DNA of 50,473 nt, taken from positions 1 through 50,473 of the IMG/VR virus record IMGVR_UViG_3300029823_000001; one strand, written 5' to 3'. The first letter of the stretch is position 1; each line of letters begins with the position of its first letter. The stretch is from a virus (lineage: Duplodnaviria; Caudoviricetes). The notes under the pieces were generated by a model. The model was not told the origin of the DNA. It did no database searches and saw nothing but the letters and a program-made list of their open reading frames with translations. A program made the position numbers and the translations under genes. Below, piece by piece: positions 36,757-46,720 of this stretch.

Positions 36757-37808
36757 CGAAAGCAAACTCTAAGCCGGCATGGAATAGAAAAGTTGACGAT
36801 GATGTTTTAGTGGAGTCTTACGTTAGGCTTCAAAATGTATGGAAAGTTGCAGAAGAGGTCGGACTGTGTGGGCAAACGGTTCATGCAAGGCTAACCAGAA
36901 TAGGTAAAATAAACAGGATGAACTATTGGACTGAAAAAGATGATGAATTTCTTTTAGCTAACTATGCTGAATACAGAGATGATTGGAGGTTGTCTGATTT
37001 ATCTAAAATAATGGGCAGGACGGAGCAGTTTATCTCAAGAAAAGCAGGGAGGCTTGGGCTTACGGATATACATACTTCTCCACCAAAAAGGGTTAGGGTT
37101 GTCCAGGGTGAAAAAAAGAGGAAGTGGTTAGAAAACAACGACCATCCAAGGGGGATGCTTGGCAAGAAACACACAGAGGAGACAAAAAATAAATACAGCG
37201 AAATGTCAAAAAAAAGATGGAAAGACCCATCCAGTTATTTAAACAGTGAAGAGTATAGACAAAAACAATCTGATACAATGAGCAAATTGCAGGCAAGCGG
37301 TAAGTTAAATAATAACTACTCAAGGGCGAAAAGCGGATGGTTTGTAATTGGGGGCAAGAAACATTTTTACAGGTCATCGTGGGAAGTTGATATTGCTTCT
37401 TATTATGAGTTTCTTAAAACAAAAAAAGAGATAAAAGAGTGGGAATACGAGGCGGATGTTTTTTGGTTCGACAAAATAAAGAGAGGAGTAAGGTCATATA
37501 AACCAGACTTTAAAATAACCAATAACGATGATTCTGTATATTACGTTGAGGTAAAAGGATGGATGGACGCAAAATCAAAAACAAAGATTAAAAGAATGGC
37601 CATATACTACCCTTCTGTAAAATTGGAAATTATAGATCAAAATAGATATTATGCAATAAGAAAAAATGCGTCAATTATTCCAGGTTGGGGCGCAATGGAT
37701 ATGGGTCTTAAAATAGAGGAGAAGAAATGTAAAATTGATGGGTGCGAAAACAAAAGTCACTGTAAAGATGTGTGTCGAAAGCATTACTATAAAATTTATA
37801 AAAAATAG
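36753..37808 (+). CDS. Putative homing endonuclease (HTH + NUMOD3 + PD-(D/E)XK + Cys/His finger)
   Basis: GMLGKKHTEETK (NUMOD3); YRSSWE...YKPDF...VEVKGW; C-terminal CKIDGC...C.KHY. Confidence 0.7.
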   Translation: MTKANSKPAWNRKVDDDVLVESYVRLQNVWKVAEEVGLCGQTVHARLTRIGKINRMNYWTEKDDEFLLANYAEYRDDWRLSDLSKIMGRTEQFISRKAGRLGLTDIHTSPPKRVRVVQGEKKRKWLENNDHPRGMLGKKHTEETKNKYSEMSKKRWKDPSSYLNSEEYRQKQSDTMSKLQASGKLNNNYSRAKSGWFVIGGKKHFYRSSWEVDIASYYEFLKTKKEIKEWEYEADVFWFDKIKRGVRSYKPDFKITNNDDSVYYVEVKGWMDAKSKTKIKRMAIYYPSVKLEIIDQNRYYAIRKNASIIPGWGAMDMGLKIEEKKCKIDGCENKSHCKDVCRKHYYKIYKK

Positions 37809-37923
37809 TTGTCTCCAGCACTGTAAAGCAATCAAGAACGATAATAATTGTACTAAAATAGTGGCACAGAAATTTATTGACAAAAATAAACCGAGAATTG
37901 AATTTAAATTGATTGAATTATAA
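37807..37923 (+). pseudogene. 3' remnant of a RusA-like resolvase
   Basis: CLQHCKAIKNDNNCTKIVAQKFIDKNKPRIEF matches my recollection of RusA-family C-termini; no N-terminus present. Confidence 0.55.
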
Positions 37924-37927
37924 AATT

Positions 37928-38290
37928 ATGACACACATTTTTTACATGCTTTTATTCGTCTTTATCCTCTATGAAATTTTCGTATTTGCAAATGCGGAAA
38001 TAATAATAAACAAGAAGAAAGAGTACAAGAACACGCCAGAATACGACAGGCTTGAATACTTGTCCGGCAATTTCAACCTTGTATTATATTCGGCTTTCAA
38101 TATACTCTATCTGTTGTACGTTTTTGTCGGATTATTCTCCTCCCAATGGTTTTTGTTTCTATTGGTTTTAGGCATGAGTTTCATTCCCAAAGACACGGCG
38201 ACTAAAAGAAAGGCGGATGTGGTAATTTCAATCGTGGTACTCCTGTTCATCTTATTGAACAAATATCATTTACACATAAATTTATTTTAA
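37928..38290 (+). CDS. Membrane protein
   Basis: 3-4 hydrophobic segments. Confidence 0.65.
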   Translation: MTHIFYMLLFVFILYEIFVFANAEIIINKKKEYKNTPEYDRLEYLSGNFNLVLYSAFNILYLLYVFVGLFSSQWFLFLLVLGMSFIPKDTATKRKADVVISIVVLLFILLNKYHLHINLF

Positions 38291-38292
38291 AC

Positions 38293-38706
38293 ATGAACTA
38301 CTTCAAAACAAAAGTAAGGTACGATAAAATTTGCGACGACGGAGTGCAAAGAACAGTTACGGAGGAATATCTGGTCGATGCGATGAGCTGGACGGAAGCT
38401 GAAAAGAGAATCACCGAGGAGATGAAAGATTTTATTTCGTGTGAATTCACCATCACGGACATAAGACCGTTCAAAATATCCGAGGCGTTTCTGGGCGATA
38501 AGAGCTGTTATTTTAAAGCCCGCTTATACTTCCTTAGCCTTGATGAAAAAAGTGGCAGAGAGAAGAAAACAGCAAGTAATATGCTTGTTTGCGCAGATGA
38601 CATCAACGAGGCGAAAGAGATCATCGTTTCGGAAATGAAAAAGACTATGATCGACTACACGATTCAGAAGATTGAAGAGACTAAAATTTTGGATGTATTC
38701 AAGTAA
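38293..38706 (+). CDS. DUF4494-like protein (Bacteroidota)
   Basis: VRYDK..DG.Q..VTEEYLVDAMSWTEAE; LDEKSGREKKT; ETKILDVF. Confidence 0.85.
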   Translation: MNYFKTKVRYDKICDDGVQRTVTEEYLVDAMSWTEAEKRITEEMKDFISCEFTITDIRPFKISEAFLGDKSCYFKARLYFLSLDEKSGREKKTASNMLVCADDINEAKEIIVSEMKKTMIDYTIQKIEETKILDVFK

Positions 38707-38712
38707 CCAATA

Positions 38713-38736
38713 TCCCCGACCGTAAAAGGTCGGGGA
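38713..38736. terminator. GC-rich hairpin, possible terminator
   Basis: TCCCCGACC-GTAAAA-GGTCGGGGA. Confidence 0.6.
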
Positions 38737-38751
38737 AAATTTTCATGGACT

Positions 38752-39270
38752 ATGAGGAATTTTATTGAATATGATTTGGAAGAAATCATCTATGGGACTG
38801 ACCGGAATGAATTAATAAAAAGAGGATTGTATATTTCTGAAAATGCGATACTGTTTAGGCAAAAGAAAATAGGCAATTATGGAATTTCAGACCTGATAAG
38901 TGTTGAAAAAGAATATACCCCAATAAAATGTGAGCCTTATTTGAATATAAATATTATCGAATTAAAAAAAGATAAAATCGGTATATCCGCCTTTCTTCAG
39001 GCAGCCGGATACGCAAAGGGAATCCACTCATACCTGATTAAAAAAAGGATGTTTTATAATTATAAACTTGGAATCACACTCATAGGATCGTCCATCGACA
39101 CAAGCGGTAGCTTCTGTTTTTTGCCGGATATGATTAAGAGTTTAGACGTATTCTCTCCACTTACAAACGGCGAGATTGATCTTCTGACCATTCAAACATA
39201 TAGCTATAAAATAGATGGAATTTATTTTAAAACAGAGAGAGGATATTCATTAACTGATGAGGGATTTTAG
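38752..39270 (+). CDS. PD-(D/E)XK-fold endonuclease-like protein
   Basis: GISDLI...IIELKK...LQAAGY (D..ExK..QxxxY). Confidence 0.55.
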   Translation: MRNFIEYDLEEIIYGTDRNELIKRGLYISENAILFRQKKIGNYGISDLISVEKEYTPIKCEPYLNINIIELKKDKIGISAFLQAAGYAKGIHSYLIKKRMFYNYKLGITLIGSSIDTSGSFCFLPDMIKSLDVFSPLTNGEIDLLTIQTYSYKIDGIYFKTERGYSLTDEGF

Positions 39271-39271
39271 C

Positions 39272-40033
39272 ATGAAAGACCCTGCATTTTTATTTTACAG
39301 TAAGGATTTTTACGAGGGAACGAGAATGATGCTTCCCGAAGAGAGGGCTTGCTATGTTGATCTTTTGATTTACCAGCACCAAAACGGAATAATACCGGAT
39401 GATGATAAGAGGCTTTTATTGTATTGTAGCGGAATAAGCAAGAGCGTACTTCACGATGTGCTTAAATCTAAATTCACAAACACGGAAGATGGATGGATTA
39501 ATGACAGGCTAAACACAGAGATGATAGCAAGGCAAAACTATAAAAGCTCATTGAGCTCAAGCGGAAAGATTGGACAGTTCTGGAAGAAGGCAAAAAAACT
39601 TCTAAGCAGGACAGAATATAACACCCTAAAGAAGTATCTGGACAGGGATGAGCTGGAAAATGAGATTGATGAAATTGACTTATTAGACGAAGGGTCGCTT
39701 ATAGGGTCGCTTAAGCATCGCTTAAGCATTATAGCAAATGCAAATGAAGATATAGATATAGATAAAGAAAAAGGGGGTGTGGGGGAAAAGGAAAAAACTG
39801 AAAAAGAAAAAGAATATGACAGATTCAATGAATGGGTTGATAAAACAATTCCCGAATTAAGGAAAATAAAAAAACAGATAACATTTAGCGAATATTGCAT
39901 ATTAACTCAAAAATACAACGGCGAGCAGATAAGGAAAATACTAACCGATATGGCAAACTACAAAAAAGCACCAACGCAATACACATCGGTAAACCTAACA
40001 TTCCTGAAATGGGCAAAAAAAGAATATGGATAA
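39272..40033 (+). CDS. Replication initiator (DUF1376/YdaU-like)
   Basis: PAFLFYSKDF..GT..M..EER.CY..LL..QHQ.G; precedes DnaB; contains internal iterons. Confidence 0.8.
   Translation: MKDPAFLFYSKDFYEGTRMMLPEERACYVDLLIYQHQNGIIPDDDKRLLLYCSGISKSVLHDVLKSKFTNTEDGWINDRLNTEMIARQNYKSSLSSSGKIGQFWKKAKKLLSRTEYNTLKKYLDRDELENEIDEIDLLDEGSLIGSLKHRLSIIANANEDIDIDKEKGGVGEKEKTEKEKEYDRFNEWVDKTIPELRKIKKQITFSEYCILTQKYNGEQIRKILTDMANYKKAPTQYTSVNLTFLKWAKKEYG
39691..39800 (+). repeat. Probable replication origin inside the initiator gene
   Basis: AGGGTCGCTTA, AGGGTCGCTTA, AGCATCGCTTA, then ATAGAT repeats and a purine-rich tract. Confidence 0.55.
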
Positions 40034-41354
40034 AATACTACCTCATAATTTAGACAGCGAAAGGATAGTCATCAGTTCGATCCTTTCGGACACAAACGCT
40101 TATTCCGAAGTTTCACCGATACTGACGTCCGAGATGTTTTACGATCCGTTTCACAAGGATTTGTACGATAAAATAACGGAGCTTACAAAGAAAGGACGTG
40201 CACCGGACATAGTCATGCTTAGTGAAAGATACGATGATCCGGACGCTATTTTAAAGATAGCCGACATATCGGGCCATTTTTCTATCGACTATTACGACCA
40301 CGCTTTAAACGTTCAGGAAAAATTTGTAAGAAGGAGATTGTGGGCTTTGGGTTCACAACTGGCGAGCGACGTTTTTTCACAGTCACGGGAAACGAACGAC
40401 CTGCTTGTTTCGATGCAGATGGATTTGTCGCTAATTAATCAGGAAGTATCGTCATCCGAGATAAGCACCCTCAGGGATGCAATAGGTGGCGTATTTAAGC
40501 AGATCGAGTCCAATATGAAGGGAGAGTCCATAACAGGAACAGATACCGGATTTAAGGATTTAAACAGGGTTTCCGGCGGTCTTCAAAAAAGCGACCTTAT
40601 CATCATTGCCGGAGAAACTTCTTCGGGAAAGACATCATTGGCTCTTGCGCTTGTGGATTCAGCCGCAAAACATGGAGACGGTGTGGCGTTCTATTCCATG
40701 GAGATGAAGAAGGAACAGTGCGCTGCGAGACTGCTTGCGATGAACAGCGGTGTACCTTCGAGCGACATCCTGTTTTCAAGACTGGACGACAACTACCTGA
40801 GGATTCTGGATTCCGGAGTGAACAGGATTTACAACCTTCCGGTTTATTTTGACGACAACTCCACATCGAACATCGACAAGATCATAGCATCAATAAGGAG
40901 CATGAAATCGAAGTACGACATCACCGGTGCGGTCGTGGACTACCTTCAAATCCTGAACGTAAACCAGAAGTCAATGAACAAGGAGCAGGCCATGGGGGAC
41001 GTTGCAAGACGGTTGAAGAACCTTGCGAAAGAACTGGATATTTGGATCATCGCACTTTCACAACTTAACAGGGACAGCTTCAACCCTGTTCCAAATCTTA
41101 ACAGATTGAGGGATTCCGGACAGATAGCAGAGGCTGCTGATATCGTGATGTTTGTTTACAGACCGGAGATTTACGGCAAGTTCTACCCCGACCCGTTTGC
41201 GAACGTATCGACAAAGGGAACCGCGATGATAGACATAGCAAAGGGTAGAAACATAGGCTTATTGAAATTCATTTGCAGCTTCGATTCAAGAACAACACAC
41301 TTCAAAGAGTTTACGGATTCGGTTCCGGAACAATTGGAAGAAACACCATTTTAA
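40026..41354 (+). CDS. dnaB: Replicative DNA helicase
   Basis: LPHNLDSE, AGETSSGKT, SMEM, VVDYLQ, ALSQLNR, LRDSGQIAEAAD, IAKGRN. Confidence 0.96.
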   Translation: MDKILPHNLDSERIVISSILSDTNAYSEVSPILTSEMFYDPFHKDLYDKITELTKKGRAPDIVMLSERYDDPDAILKIADISGHFSIDYYDHALNVQEKFVRRRLWALGSQLASDVFSQSRETNDLLVSMQMDLSLINQEVSSSEISTLRDAIGGVFKQIESNMKGESITGTDTGFKDLNRVSGGLQKSDLIIIAGETSSGKTSLALALVDSAAKHGDGVAFYSMEMKKEQCAARLLAMNSGVPSSDILFSRLDDNYLRILDSGVNRIYNLPVYFDDNSTSNIDKIIASIRSMKSKYDITGAVVDYLQILNVNQKSMNKEQAMGDVARRLKNLAKELDIWIIALSQLNRDSFNPVPNLNRLRDSGQIAEAADIVMFVYRPEIYGKFYPDPFANVSTKGTAMIDIAKGRNIGLLKFICSFDSRTTHFKEFTDSVPEQLEETPF

Positions 41355-41355
41355 C

Positions 41356-41607
41356 ATGAAAAAGAATTATTCTGAAATTTTAGGGATCGACCTATCGAAA
41401 AGGACGAGAAAGAGAGAGTATTCAACGGCGAGATATTCGGTATTTTACAGTCTCTATCAGGACTGCTACAGACCGTGTGAAATTTCAAGACAATTTGGAT
41501 ATGACCATTCCACCGTGGTTCATGGTATCAAGACATTTAAAGATTTGCTTGATACGAAGGACGATATGGCGGTATATTTCTGGAGCCTGTTAAAATTGGC
41601 AAGATGA
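41356..41607 (+). CDS. DnaA C-terminal-like HTH protein
   Basis: RKRE...AR...EISRQFGYDHSTVVHG. Confidence 0.75.
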   Translation: MKKNYSEILGIDLSKRTRKREYSTARYSVFYSLYQDCYRPCEISRQFGYDHSTVVHGIKTFKDLLDTKDDMAVYFWSLLKLAR

Positions 41608-41740
41608 ATGTAGTGATTTTCACCGACCGCCTAAGCTACTGGCGGTTTATCCAGAGTGTCGAGTACGACATCAGGATAACGAAAGACAAGGAGATATGGA
41701 ATAAGAACGAGATGATAGCAATTTTTAAACCGAAGAAGAA

Positions 41741-42052
41741 ATGAAAGAAGAAAAATTAGGGCAAGAGCCAGCGTTTCCTACGACGCTAAATCAAGTGGTT
41801 GAACAGACAACCTATAATTTTAAGGATGAAAATGGAAATGGGCAGATAGGACATTATAACAATTATGCAGACATATCTTATCAAGGTGTATCAAAACGAT
41901 TTTACGCAGCGTGTGCAGCGATGCAGGGGATGTTAGCGCATTCAACGAGGTATCATTGCAGGCCAAAGGATTCACATTTGACGTGGAAACAAGGAATGAT
42001 AAAAGAAGCCTACGAGCTTGCCGATGAACTATTAAGACAGGAGGAGGAATGA
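41741..42052 (+). CDS. Hypothetical phage protein
   Basis: PAFP...G.SKRFYAA..AMQG...AYELADELL family motif. Confidence 0.7.
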   Translation: MKEEKLGQEPAFPTTLNQVVEQTTYNFKDENGNGQIGHYNNYADISYQGVSKRFYAACAAMQGMLAHSTRYHCRPKDSHLTWKQGMIKEAYELADELLRQEEE

Positions 42053-42357
42053 AAGAATTTAAGGGAACAAGGGACAAATTGTCTGTAAAAGATTATGGCA
42101 ATGAGGTGAGAGTGAAAAGGCGTAAAAATGGAATGATTGACGATATTGCTCAAATAGACTTTTGTTTAAACGACCTAACAAAAGAAGAAAATAAGGCAAA
42201 TGCAGTCCTGTTTTCCTCCGCATATGAATTATTGGATGCATTACAAACATTGATGGATGGCGTGGCTAATCTTCCTCCGCTCACAGCGATTGAAGGTGCA
42301 TTGGAAAAGCAATATAAACAAGCGGAAAAAGCTATTAACAAAGCACTTGGATTATGA
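42049..42357 (+). CDS. Hypothetical phage protein
   Basis: ANA.L...A.ELLDAL...A..AINKALG motif. Confidence 0.65.
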   Translation: MKEFKGTRDKLSVKDYGNEVRVKRRKNGMIDDIAQIDFCLNDLTKEENKANAVLFSSAYELLDALQTLMDGVANLPPLTAIEGALEKQYKQAEKAINKALGL

Positions 42358-42396
42358 CAAAGGAATACACAATAACAGAACAAAAAATCGGATAAT

Positions 42397-42678
42397 ATGA
42401 CTTGGAATGAATTAAAAGAATTTTGCAACAATCTACCTGAAAAGGAACTTAACAAGAAGGTGGTTCTGTGTCGTGAAGATGAGAGCATTAATAATATTGA
42501 TGCCGGCCAGTTAGAAGAGGATTACTATATAGATTCCGAAAATCCAGAGAATGGATGTTTCCCTGAATGGGTTGGCAAAGATATCGTGAGCTATGACAAA
42601 GACTCATACCCAAACGGGATGAACGACTTGAAAAAAGTACACGATAAAGGGCACCCTATTTTATCTGAGAATTTTTAA
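42397..42678 (+). CDS. Hypothetical protein
   Basis: ORF in the co-oriented early cluster. Confidence 0.55.
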   Translation: MTWNELKEFCNNLPEKELNKKVVLCREDESINNIDAGQLEEDYYIDSENPENGCFPEWVGKDIVSYDKDSYPNGMNDLKKVHDKGHPILSENF

Positions 42679-42689
42679 ACAAAAGTATC

Positions 42690-43100
42690 ATGAAAACAGA
42701 CGAACCAGTTAGTGGGGGCACTTATTTCCTTTGTTCAAAGCCCGTGGTTGACTTTGCGAAACCTACCGAGGTATCAAGGCCGTTCAAAAGTGGCTATAAA
42801 CATGATGAAGAGGAGCACTTTGTAGCGGTGATTGACTTTGTAGAGATCGAGAAGCATTATCGCCAATTGCCGGAGAATGAGCAATATGGTTTCTGGTGCA
42901 AAGAAATTGTTCCCGGCACAATGGATGTTTCAAAAATAACCCTAAAAGGCATGAGGGAGAACGGGGTTTTCCTTGAAATTTCGATTAAAATAGAATTGTC
43001 AACCCTCCATAATATAGCGATGGTTTTGTACAATCTATCCGAGAAGTTCAACTGCACCACAATAGAATTGATTAACAAGGTAACAAAGAAGATGATATGA
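42690..43100 (+). CDS. Hypothetical protein
   Basis: ORF in the co-oriented early cluster. Confidence 0.55.
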   Translation: MKTDEPVSGGTYFLCSKPVVDFAKPTEVSRPFKSGYKHDEEEHFVAVIDFVEIEKHYRQLPENEQYGFWCKEIVPGTMDVSKITLKGMRENGVFLEISIKIELSTLHNIAMVLYNLSEKFNCTTIELINKVTKKMI

Positions 43101-43387
43101 CAGTAGAAGAAAAAGCGGGTGAATACGCCGAAAAAACAGAAGCTGAATATGGTTTTGATATGCACCCGAAAACGGCATCATTTCAAGGTTTTATAGCAGG
43201 CTACACTGAAGCCATGCGGTGGAGAGACCCGAAGATTGAGCTGCCAGAGATTAACAGCCGTGTGCTGCTGAAGAGCGAAACTGGCTATGTCGAGGCAAGA
43301 ACTATCAGAAATTGGCACATATTAAAGAGTACATTAAATGTATCGATTGGCGGCAAAAAAGTTATTGGTTGGAGACCGATAGAATAA
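43097..43387 (+). CDS. DUF551-like protein
   Basis: WRDPKIELPE...VLLK...VIGWRPIE. Confidence 0.6.
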   Translation: MTVEEKAGEYAEKTEAEYGFDMHPKTASFQGFIAGYTEAMRWRDPKIELPEINSRVLLKSETGYVEARTIRNWHILKSTLNVSIGGKKVIGWRPIE

Positions 43388-43401
43388 TTAAAACAAAGGA
43401 T

Positions 43402-43770
43402 ATGAAAACATTAAACAAACTACGTGATGAAATTCACGAATATGCAATAAGCAAAGGTTTTTGGGATAAAGAAAGAGAGACAGGAACACTGTTAATGCTT
43501 TGCGTATCAGAATTGGCGGAGGCGATGGAAGCTGATAGGAATGTGTTGTATGCCGACTTGGAATTAATTGAAAAAGACAAAGAAGATTTTATTGATTTTA
43601 AATGGTCTTTTGAAAATTCGATTAAAGACACGTTCGAGGATGAACTTGCCGACACAATTATCCGAATACTCGACCTGTGCGGAGCAAAAGGCATCGACAT
43701 CGAAAAGCATATTGAGTTAAAGATGAAGTATAACGCAACCCGTGAAAGGATGCACGGCAAAAAGTATTGA
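43402..43770 (+). CDS. MazG-like NTP pyrophosphohydrolase
   Basis: SELAEAMEA, EDELADTIIRILD, KMKYNATR..HGKKY. Confidence 0.85.
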   Translation: MKTLNKLRDEIHEYAISKGFWDKERETGTLLMLCVSELAEAMEADRNVLYADLELIEKDKEDFIDFKWSFENSIKDTFEDELADTIIRILDLCGAKGIDIEKHIELKMKYNATRERMHGKKY

Positions 43771-43771
43771 C

Positions 43772-44161
43772 ATGAAAACAGAGCCGACAGAAGCACGTAA
43801 AAAGCTAAGCGAAAAATGCGATAATATGTTTGGACGCCCAATTATTAGGTTTGATTTTGCGGAGGAAGCTATTAAAATTGCTTTCAAAGAAGGTCAATCC
43901 AATCCAAAAATAAGGCAATTGGAGTGGACATTCACCAAAAACGAAGGTTTTTCTTTCACTCCATTCGTAAATTACAGAATTTATTATTGGAAAACAGCGT
44001 ATAATGAAAACAAGGCACAGTTGATTTACAATAAAAAATCGAATGCCGCTCTTAACGGGCATGATGGTCATGAGCTCATCGGAGAGTATGATGATTGCGA
44101 TTCGGCTATTCGTGCAGCCCAGACTGATTTTGAAAAAAGAGTAAAGGAATGTCTGGAATGA
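43772..44161 (+). CDS. Hypothetical protein
   Basis: IRQLEW...AIRAAQTDFE motif. Confidence 0.55.
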   Translation: MKTEPTEARKKLSEKCDNMFGRPIIRFDFAEEAIKIAFKEGQSNPKIRQLEWTFTKNEGFSFTPFVNYRIYYWKTAYNENKAQLIYNKKSNAALNGHDGHELIGEYDDCDSAIRAAQTDFEKRVKECLE

Positions 44162-44354
44162 AGCAATTATATGTTTATCTAATGAAACAATTTATCCACC
44201 ATTTGAGGATGATGCTTTATTGTCGAAGGCACAGGAGTATCAATTACGAATACTACAAGTACATGGTAATTGCTGATATTGAAATATTTTTCAACCGATT
44301 CAGAAAAAGGACGGATGATGATATGCCGTTTTGAAACGAAAACAAAATTAAATT

Positions 44355-44807
44355 ATGAAACACAAAGTATTGTCAGTGAAACAGCCTTGGGCACGTTTAA
44401 TCTGCTCCGGCATCAAAGACATAGAAAACAGGACATGGAAATGCCCGCAAAAGTACATCGGGGAGAGGGTATTGATTCATGCGAGCGGTTCAAATGGGAA
44501 GAAATTCAAAATTCAATTAACAGATGAGCAAATGATTGCAGCTTTTAGATCTATTTCTAATGAAGCTTTAAACGGAAAATTTGACTTCGGCGCAATTATC
44601 GGCAGCGTAGAGATAGTTGATTGTCGGGTTAATCACCAGAGCATCTGGGCGGAATATACTCGTGGCTGGCCAAGTGATCCGAAAGTTATTTATCACTGGG
44701 TACTCGCAAAACCAATGCTCTTTGACAATCCGATTTTGAACGTGAAAGGCAAACTGGGTTTTTGGGATTACTATTTGCCGGATGAATATGAAAAATTATT
44801 AAAATAA
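44355..44807 (+). CDS. ASCH domain protein
   Basis: LSVKQPWA.LI..GIKDIENRTW, LIHAS, GAIIGSV, KGKLGFW. Confidence 0.9.
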   Translation: MKHKVLSVKQPWARLICSGIKDIENRTWKCPQKYIGERVLIHASGSNGKKFKIQLTDEQMIAAFRSISNEALNGKFDFGAIIGSVEIVDCRVNHQSIWAEYTRGWPSDPKVIYHWVLAKPMLFDNPILNVKGKLGFWDYYLPDEYEKLLK

Positions 44808-44815
44808 AAAAAGCA

Positions 44816-45508
44816 ATGAAAGGAATAATATTTACAAAAGAAAATTTTCTCTTAACCATTAAGGGTTTGAAAACGCAGACAAGGAGAATTATACCTGAAA
44901 AGGTGATAGAAAAATTTTATAATTATGACGACCGGGTATCATCGGTCGGAAAGCCCGATGGAATAGCGTGTATACGGTTATACGAAGAAGATTTTTTACC
45001 ACAATTCTCCCGCTACAAAGTTGGCGAAATAGTATATTTGAAAGAGCCGTATCAGCACGCTATCGTTCATGAAATGGTAGGGTACGGCTACTTTTATGGC
45101 TGCGACAAGATTGAAGATTACTCATGTGATTTATCATGGTTTAGAGAAATGTCAAGAGACGGATCATCAGAATGGCAGGAGAGGTGGAACAAATATGAAG
45201 ATGAAAAAATGAACAAACTCTTCATGCCCGAAATCGCAGCACGTTATTTCATCAAGATTACAGGAGTTAAAGCTGAAAGGTTGCAGGATATATCAGAAGA
45301 AGATTGTCTTTTGGAGGGAATTAAAATAGGTAGATGTGGAAATGAATCGAAATGGATGAAAGCATTCTACGCTCCTGACGACAACCAGCCTTATATAACA
45401 GCAAAAAGTGCTTACGAGGAAGTGTTCAACAGAATCAACGGAAAAGGAGCATGGCGAATTAATCCGTTTGTGTGGGTTTACGATTACGAATTGACGAAAC
45501 AATTTTGA
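44816..45508 (+). CDS. ASCH/PUA-like phage protein
   Basis: GLKTQTRR, YLKE, LFMP..AAR..I.IT.V..ERLQDISEED...EG, W..NP.VWV. Confidence 0.75.
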   Translation: MKGIIFTKENFLLTIKGLKTQTRRIIPEKVIEKFYNYDDRVSSVGKPDGIACIRLYEEDFLPQFSRYKVGEIVYLKEPYQHAIVHEMVGYGYFYGCDKIEDYSCDLSWFREMSRDGSSEWQERWNKYEDEKMNKLFMPEIAARYFIKITGVKAERLQDISEEDCLLEGIKIGRCGNESKWMKAFYAPDDNQPYITAKSAYEEVFNRINGKGAWRINPFVWVYDYELTKQF

Positions 45509-45512
45509 AGAG

Positions 45513-46163
45513 ATGAAAAGGATTGACTTTCAGAAATTAATCAACAGAGAATACGGATTAACCGTCGAATTGTTCATGATAAACTGGATGCTGAAAACGG
45601 GCATTCCTTATTCCGAGAGAACAGGAAGATGGAATGTTGACGGGGTAAGCAAATTTATACTTGGATATTCGGCTAATAATCATACCGGAAGCACAATGCA
45701 CACACAGCCATTGTCTATTGAAAATATAGACATGCAGGTAGATGGCATCCTGTCAAGGGCTATTGTAAAAACAACGGATACAAAGTGTATAAACCAATGG
45801 AGGCGGGACGAGAGGATATACTTAAATAAGCATAGATATTTTGACATAAATGAAGATGTTCCACTGACACAAAGAGGGTGGTATTTAAGTCGAGAGATAA
45901 AGGAATTAAATGATTTTGTTGGAAAAGATATCAGCACGGAATATAACGGCAGATCATTCATAAACCCACGTATAAGTAAGGTCTATTTTCACGTGAATGG
46001 GCATGGATATCAGGTTGAGTGTTACGTATCATACGGTTCAGAAAACCATAAATTCAACTATACTCAATCTGATTTCATTTTTAGCCAGAAAGATGGTGAA
46101 AGTGTAGATATGTTTATTTATAGATGCAAAGAGTTTATAAACAGCAAATTGATTGAGTTATGA
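45513..46163 (+). CDS. Hypothetical protein
   Basis: 216-aa coupled ORF. Confidence 0.6.
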   Translation: MKRIDFQKLINREYGLTVELFMINWMLKTGIPYSERTGRWNVDGVSKFILGYSANNHTGSTMHTQPLSIENIDMQVDGILSRAIVKTTDTKCINQWRRDERIYLNKHRYFDINEDVPLTQRGWYLSREIKELNDFVGKDISTEYNGRSFINPRISKVYFHVNGHGYQVECYVSYGSENHKFNYTQSDFIFSQKDGESVDMFIYRCKEFINSKLIEL

Positions 46164-46558
46164 AAATACAGGAATTGAGAATTGGAAATAAAGTATCATT
46201 TAAAGATACAGTGGTTGAAATTGCAGGGGTAAGTGGAATAGCATACTCATTTGGTGCTATTGACGTAACCATATTTCGTGGGGGAAAAACGGAAATGCAT
46301 GATTTAAAAACACTAAGTCCAATCCCGCTAACCGAAGAGATACTTTCTGAATTTACGATGAAATGGGGCACAGACCCTCAAGAGCCTAACGCCTTAATGG
46401 TGTTTAAAAATGGTGAATTCGAGATACTTAAATTTGAAGATGAAGATCACTTTTTCTACTCAAACGGGAGAGGATTCCATGCGGATATAATATACCTCCA
46501 TCAGCTTCAAAATCTTTATTTCGATTTAACAGGGGAAGAATTGGAGGTGAAGTTATGA
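46160..46558 (+). CDS. Hypothetical phage protein
   Basis: ELRIGN, PIPLTEEIL, YLHQLQNLYFDLTGEEL (Bacteroidota phage family motif). Confidence 0.7.
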   Translation: MKIQELRIGNKVSFKDTVVEIAGVSGIAYSFGAIDVTIFRGGKTEMHDLKTLSPIPLTEEILSEFTMKWGTDPQEPNALMVFKNGEFEILKFEDEDHFFYSNGRGFHADIIYLHQLQNLYFDLTGEELEVKL

Positions 46559-46720
46559 CACTCCCCAACGACATATCCCGCTGCGCAAACGAGCGGTGCG
46601 AGAAGAAGCTGAGATATAAGAGGTATCTGGACCGCCTGCCTTGGGAGACGTACGGCTATAGTGATTTTAACGAGGCGGATTGTGAATTTTTTATTGAAAA
46701 CGAAGATAGAGGAAGTATAG

